64,000 nucleotides of DNA, from contig CAMASM010000001.1 of the NCBI GenBank assembly GCA_945860985.1, positions 30,688 through 94,687 on the forward strand, given 5' to 3'. This stretch comes from Candidatus Finniella inopinata (GTDB lineage Bacteria > Pseudomonadota > Alphaproteobacteria > Paracaedibacterales > CAITNM01). Positions 60,252-64,000 of this stretch are shown here, in pieces. How positions within the stretch are numbered: position 1 is the stretch's first letter; each line of letters starts with the position of its first letter. The position numbers and the translations under genes were made by a program. The notes beneath the pieces are model-generated. The model made no database searches. It saw nothing but the letters and a program-made list of their open reading frames with translations, and had not been told where the DNA came from.

Positions 60252-62047
60252 GTGCGTTCAAACAATTTTTCTAAGGATTTTTTGTCTAGTTTCACAAATG
60301 TTGGGCGTCCATGATTGCATTGGGCTGATTTTGGGGTTGATTCCATTTGACGCAATAAGGCATTCATTTCTGCAATGCTCAATGTTCTGCCAGCACGAAT
60401 GCTATTGTTGCACGCTTTGCTTGCTAATTTTTCCCAAATAATTTCAGTAGCACTTAACCCTTCTCCAAGACTTTTAAGGTCTTCTAAAACATCTTGAATA
60501 AAACTTTTTAGATTTTGATTGTGACAAGTAAGCGGGGTTGAATGAACAACTAGAGTTTGAGTGGAATAAACTTCGATTATAAAACCTATATCTTTAAAAA
60601 TTTCCTGATTGTTTTTAAATATTTCACAATCTATTTCGTTAAGCTCAATAAATTCTGGATGCATTAAAGATTGCGACGGCAATTTACCTTTTTCTTGATA
60701 TTGTGTCTTTAATTCTTCATAAACAATACGTTCATGAGCGGCATGCTGGTCTACTAGTAATAATGCATCGCTAGTTTGGGCAATAATAAATGTTTCAAAT
60801 ATTTGTGCTTTCGCAAGGCCCATCGGGTAATTTGCTTCCATTTTTTCATCAGGTAAGTTTAAGGAAGCAACGTATGCAGGCTCAACAAAGGCTGCAATTG
60901 GCGTTGGTCTGGCTGAAGGATATGTATCTTTCAAAATGGGTTTATGATAGAAGGAATTGCTGGCAGAAGAGAAAGACGGCGTTAACTGACTTGATGTTTT
61001 AAATGAGTTAACTATAGCGCGACTCATTTCTGGTGATGCTGCATGTTGTGCACCCTGCAATGACCGCTTAACAGCTTGAATTAAAAAACTTCTTATAAAT
61101 TGGCTATCACGAAAACGTACCTCAGTTTTAGCAGGATGTACGTTAACATCTACTTCACGTTTGTCTAGGGTAAGAAACAATGCAGCCATCGGATGTCGAC
61201 CGTTCATTAGTACATCTTGATACGCAACTCGTAAAATTCCAGCAACATTACGATCTTTTACCCAGCGATTATTAACATAAATATATTGGTCATTTGCTTG
61301 TGATCTAGAATAAGTTGGCAGACTCACCAAACCTTCAACTCGGTAACCATTACGTTCTAAAAGTACGGGTATAGTATTTTCGACAAAAGAGCTTCCCATA
61401 ACCTGGGACATTCGTTCTGGTAGCAATCCAGCTTTCCAATCGTAGATTAATTTTTCATCGGCTTTAAAGGTAAAGTGAACATTTTGGTTTGCCATTGCTA
61501 ATCTGCTTAGCATTTCTTTACAGTGGTTAAGTTCAGTTAAAGAATTTTTTAAAAATTTTAATCGCGCTGGTGTTGCATAAAAAATATCACGTATTTCAAT
61601 AGATGTGCCGGCATTAGCTTGATATGGTAATATGTCTGAAAATTCTCCCCCTTCCGCATTAATTTTCCAAGCATGTTCACACAAATAGGTGCGTGTGATT
61701 AATTGCACCCGGCTAATTGAAGCAATACTTGGTAGTGCTTCTCCACGAAATCCAAAAGTATTAATCGCGAACAAATCTTCATCAGGCAATTTTGATGTAG
61801 CATGGCGTTCAAATGCTAGTGTGATTTGCGAATGTTCAATTCCTGTACCATCGTCATGTACCGCAATAAATGCCTTACCACCATCTTCAACTTCAATATC
61901 GATTTTCAAAGCTCCAGCATCGATTGCATTTTCGACTAACTCTTTCAAAATAGCGGCTGGTCGTTCAATTACCTCGCCAGCAGCTATTTGATTAATCAAA
62001 TGCGGGTTCAGTCTGTTAATTTTTTGAGGTTGTTTTTGCTGCATCAT
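60248..62047 (-). CDS. mutL: DNA mismatch repair protein MutL
   Basis: 599 aa. GHKL ATPase N-terminus QIAAGEVIERPAAILKELVENAIDA and FGFRGEAL. C-terminal dimerisation domain. Confidence 0.92.
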   Translation of the reverse strand: MMQQKQPQKINRLNPHLINQIAAGEVIERPAAILKELVENAIDAGALKIDIEVEDGGKAFIAVHDDGTGIEHSQITLAFERHATSKLPDEDLFAINTFGFRGEALPSIASISRVQLITRTYLCEHAWKINAEGGEFSDILPYQANAGTSIEIRDIFYATPARLKFLKNSLTELNHCKEMLSRLAMANQNVHFTFKADEKLIYDWKAGLLPERMSQVMGSSFVENTIPVLLERNGYRVEGLVSLPTYSRSQANDQYIYVNNRWVKDRNVAGILRVAYQDVLMNGRHPMAALFLTLDKREVDVNVHPAKTEVRFRDSQFIRSFLIQAVKRSLQGAQHAASPEMSRAIVNSFKTSSQLTPSFSSASNSFYHKPILKDTYPSARPTPIAAFVEPAYVASLNLPDEKMEANYPMGLAKAQIFETFIIAQTSDALLLVDQHAAHERIVYEELKTQYQEKGKLPSQSLMHPEFIELNEIDCEIFKNNQEIFKDIGFIIEVYSTQTLVVHSTPLTCHNQNLKSFIQDVLEDLKSLGEGLSATEIIWEKLASKACNNSIRAGRTLSIAEMNALLRQMESTPKSAQCNHGRPTFVKLDKKSLEKLFERT

Positions 62048-62101
62048 GTGTCACTATAATGCAAAATACTGTATTCTACAAAAAAACAATAAGGTTGGTT
62101 T

Positions 62102-63097
62102 ATGAAAGTAGCTATTAATGGTTTTGGTCGTATAGGGCGAATGGTATTGCGCGCTACGGCTGAACATAATATTCGTGATTTTCAAATAGTAGCTATTAAT
62201 GATTTAGGTTCATTAAAAGACAACGCTCATTTGTTTAAGTATGACTCAATACATGGCAGGTTTCCTGGCAAAGTTAATGCTACAGATACTCACTTAGACG
62301 TTGGGCTAGGACCAATCCAAATTATAGCTGAACCAAATCCAGAAAAATTGCCATGGAAAGATTTTGGAATTGATGTCGTGCTGGAATGTTCGGGTAGATT
62401 TACTAAGAGAGCCGATGCCGCAAAGCATTTAGAGGCTGGTGCTAAGCGTGTTATTGTGTCTGCCCCGGCAGATAATGCAGACATTACCGTCGTTTATGGA
62501 ATTAATCATACTAATATTAATGATTCTCATCTCGTAATTTCAAACGCATCATGCACAACTAACTGCTTGGCGCCAGTAGCTTCTGTTTTGCATAAGACTT
62601 TGGGTATTGAAAGTGGTTACATGACAACTATTCATGCGTACACAGGTGATCAGCGTTTGGTTGATACATTACACAGTGATCCTCGCAGAGCAAGAGCAGC
62701 CGCCACTTCAATGATTCCAAGTTCAACCGGTGCTGCAAAAGCAGTGGGATTAGTTCTACCAGAGTTAAACGGAAAACTGGATGGTACCGCAATTCGCGTG
62801 CCATGTGCCAATGTTTCTGTGGTTGATTTGAAGGTTGTAGTAGAGCGTGATACGACTCCAGAATTCGTCAATGAACTTATGAAAGTGGCTTCTGAAAACG
62901 AATTAAAAGGTGTTTTGGAATACGTTACAGAACCTTTAGTTTCAGTTGATTTTAATCATTCTGCTTTTAGTTCCAGTTTTGATGCGACTCAAACTCAGGT
63001 GGTAAATAACAGATTAGTACGAGTTCTTTCTTGGTATGACAATGAGTGGGGATTCGCTAATCGTATGGTTGATGTTGTCAAATATTTGGCCAGATAA
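62102..63097 (+). CDS. gap: glyceraldehyde-3-phosphate dehydrogenase
   Basis: 331 aa. Motifs INGFGRIGR, SNASCTTNCLAP and WYDNEWGF. Confidence 0.95.
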   Translation: MKVAINGFGRIGRMVLRATAEHNIRDFQIVAINDLGSLKDNAHLFKYDSIHGRFPGKVNATDTHLDVGLGPIQIIAEPNPEKLPWKDFGIDVVLECSGRFTKRADAAKHLEAGAKRVIVSAPADNADITVVYGINHTNINDSHLVISNASCTTNCLAPVASVLHKTLGIESGYMTTIHAYTGDQRLVDTLHSDPRRARAAATSMIPSSTGAAKAVGLVLPELNGKLDGTAIRVPCANVSVVDLKVVVERDTTPEFVNELMKVASENELKGVLEYVTEPLVSVDFNHSAFSSSFDATQTQVVNNRLVRVLSWYDNEWGFANRMVDVVKYLAR

Positions 63098-63158
63098 AAA
63101 GTAGACTAAAAAAACTCCTGGACAATTTTTTATTTTTGTTTAAAAAATGCACTAGTAT

Positions 63159-63905
63159 TTGTGTAAGAGTTTGTCTGTCTTTATGTTTTTCGTAAAATTT
63201 TTGATATTAATGGCAATTGGCCATTCAGTAATTTTTTCAAGTGACGAAGGTGTGGGGTCAAGTGAAGATGCTAGTAACCGCTCAGCATCGAAATCTTTAT
63301 CTATTCCGGGAGATGGGACGGAAGCGATTGAAATTTTTATGTCTTTAATTACTGTGTTACCTAAAAAAGACGATGAGATTTTAGCTTTTTGGCAAATGGT
63401 TTACGCTACAGACAAGAAAGCAATAGGAATATTTTTTGATTTTTCTATAAAAACAAGAGAGATAAAATACAGCCCTGATACTAAACAAAGCATGATTGAG
63501 AAAACTGCGCATGAGGTGCTATATTATAATTTTGAATGGTGGCCTGACAATTGGTGGGAAAAATTGGAATTAAAAGAAGCTAAAGATGCTTATTCGGAAG
63601 GTTACAGATATTATCCAACATTACTTCAGGTTAGAGCAAATATTGGGCATGAGATAGATTTAGATGGTGATAAAAATAAAACACAAGAAAAGCTATCTAA
63701 AAAAGAAGGAAAATTAAGTTGCCTACTAAAACATAGTACTTTGTTAGATGATTTTGTAGACAAATTAGACAAAACAATTGCTGAATGCCGTAGGTATTTT
63801 GAAGAAATTAGAGAATTAAAAGATGATAAAATAAGCCCTGTATTAGCGGCTATTCCTTCCCCAAAGGGTAGAATTCCTACAGTCTCTTTGTATGGGAGTG
63901 AATAG
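63159..63905 (+). CDS. hypothetical secreted protein (cargo of the gap 3'-end duplication)
   Basis: 248 aa from TTG (alternative ATG at 63183). Signal-peptide-like FFVKFLILMAIGHSVIFS. Trp-rich NFEWWPDNWWEK segment and a charged C-terminal half. No family recognised. Confidence 0.5.
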   Translation: MCKSLSVFMFFVKFLILMAIGHSVIFSSDEGVGSSEDASNRSASKSLSIPGDGTEAIEIFMSLITVLPKKDDEILAFWQMVYATDKKAIGIFFDFSIKTREIKYSPDTKQSMIEKTAHEVLYYNFEWWPDNWWEKLELKEAKDAYSEGYRYYPTLLQVRANIGHEIDLDGDKNKTQEKLSKKEGKLSCLLKHSTLLDDFVDKLDKTIAECRRYFEEIRELKDDKISPVLAAIPSPKGRIPTVSLYGSE

Positions 63906-63913
63906 TATTGCTT

Positions 63914-64000
63914 AAATAATAGATTTAGTGCGAGTTATTTCTTAGTATGACAGTTAGTGAAGATTTGCTAACTGTATACTTGATGTTGTTAAATATTTGG
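63914..64000 (+). pseudogene. decayed displaced copy of the gap 3' end (continues past the window)
   Basis: Aligns to 63004-63089 with 14 mismatches and one 1-nt indel by hand alignment. The frame is broken relative to gap. Confidence 0.75.

Noticed and set aside
1-64000. CRISPR arrays, IS elements, integrases, prophage genes, rRNA operons
   Set aside because: I looked for regular short repeats, terminal inverted repeats, and recombinase or transposase motifs on both strands and saw none. The only repeats I could support are the two gene-3'-end duplications and the intragenic tandem repeats reported above.

Overview
AT-rich bacterial chromosome segment. Hand-counted ordinary lines are about 35% GC. 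It reads as the origin-proximal region of an alphaproteobacterium with a host-associated flavour. Evidence for that placement is a hemE-adjacent DnaA-box cluster, a PopZ homologue, rsmG-parA-parB and a 1506-aa NAD-GDH. Most of the window is housekeeping: lnt, hslO, rsmG-parAB, uvrB, phaC, thiolase, gltA, hemH-hemE, putA, plsC, gdh, era, asd, ftsW-murD, pgsA, ndk, ruvC, asnB, mutL, gap and two tRNAs. Accessory content: (1) A translationally coupled mevalonate-pathway operon (HMG-CoA reductase, two GHMP kinases, diphosphomevalonate decarboxylase, HMG-CoA synthase). (2) A partial type VI secretion module, tssK-tssL-tssM-tssA, with no tssJ, sheath, tube or spike genes in the window. (3) A 1047-aa secreted subtilase-like protein. 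Its catalytic Asp position reads Glu, and it has a 14-Gly tract and a GC-rich polyproline tail with PxxPxR motifs. (4) A signal-peptide-bearing D-amino-acid-oxidase-like flavoprotein whose sequence order looks circularly permuted. (5) A secreted papain-like (C1) protease. (6) A non-adjacent MotA-like/MotB-like stator pair with coiled-coil extensions. The observation I rate highest is structural and occurs twice. A single co-oriented ORF for a secreted protein sits immediately downstream of a housekeeping gene (hemH, gap). In each case it is bracketed by a direct duplication of that gene's last 40-87 bp, giving an intact 3' end plus a decayed displaced copy. No integrase, transposase or inverted repeats are visible. 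I saw no CRISPR arrays, IS elements or rRNA genes.
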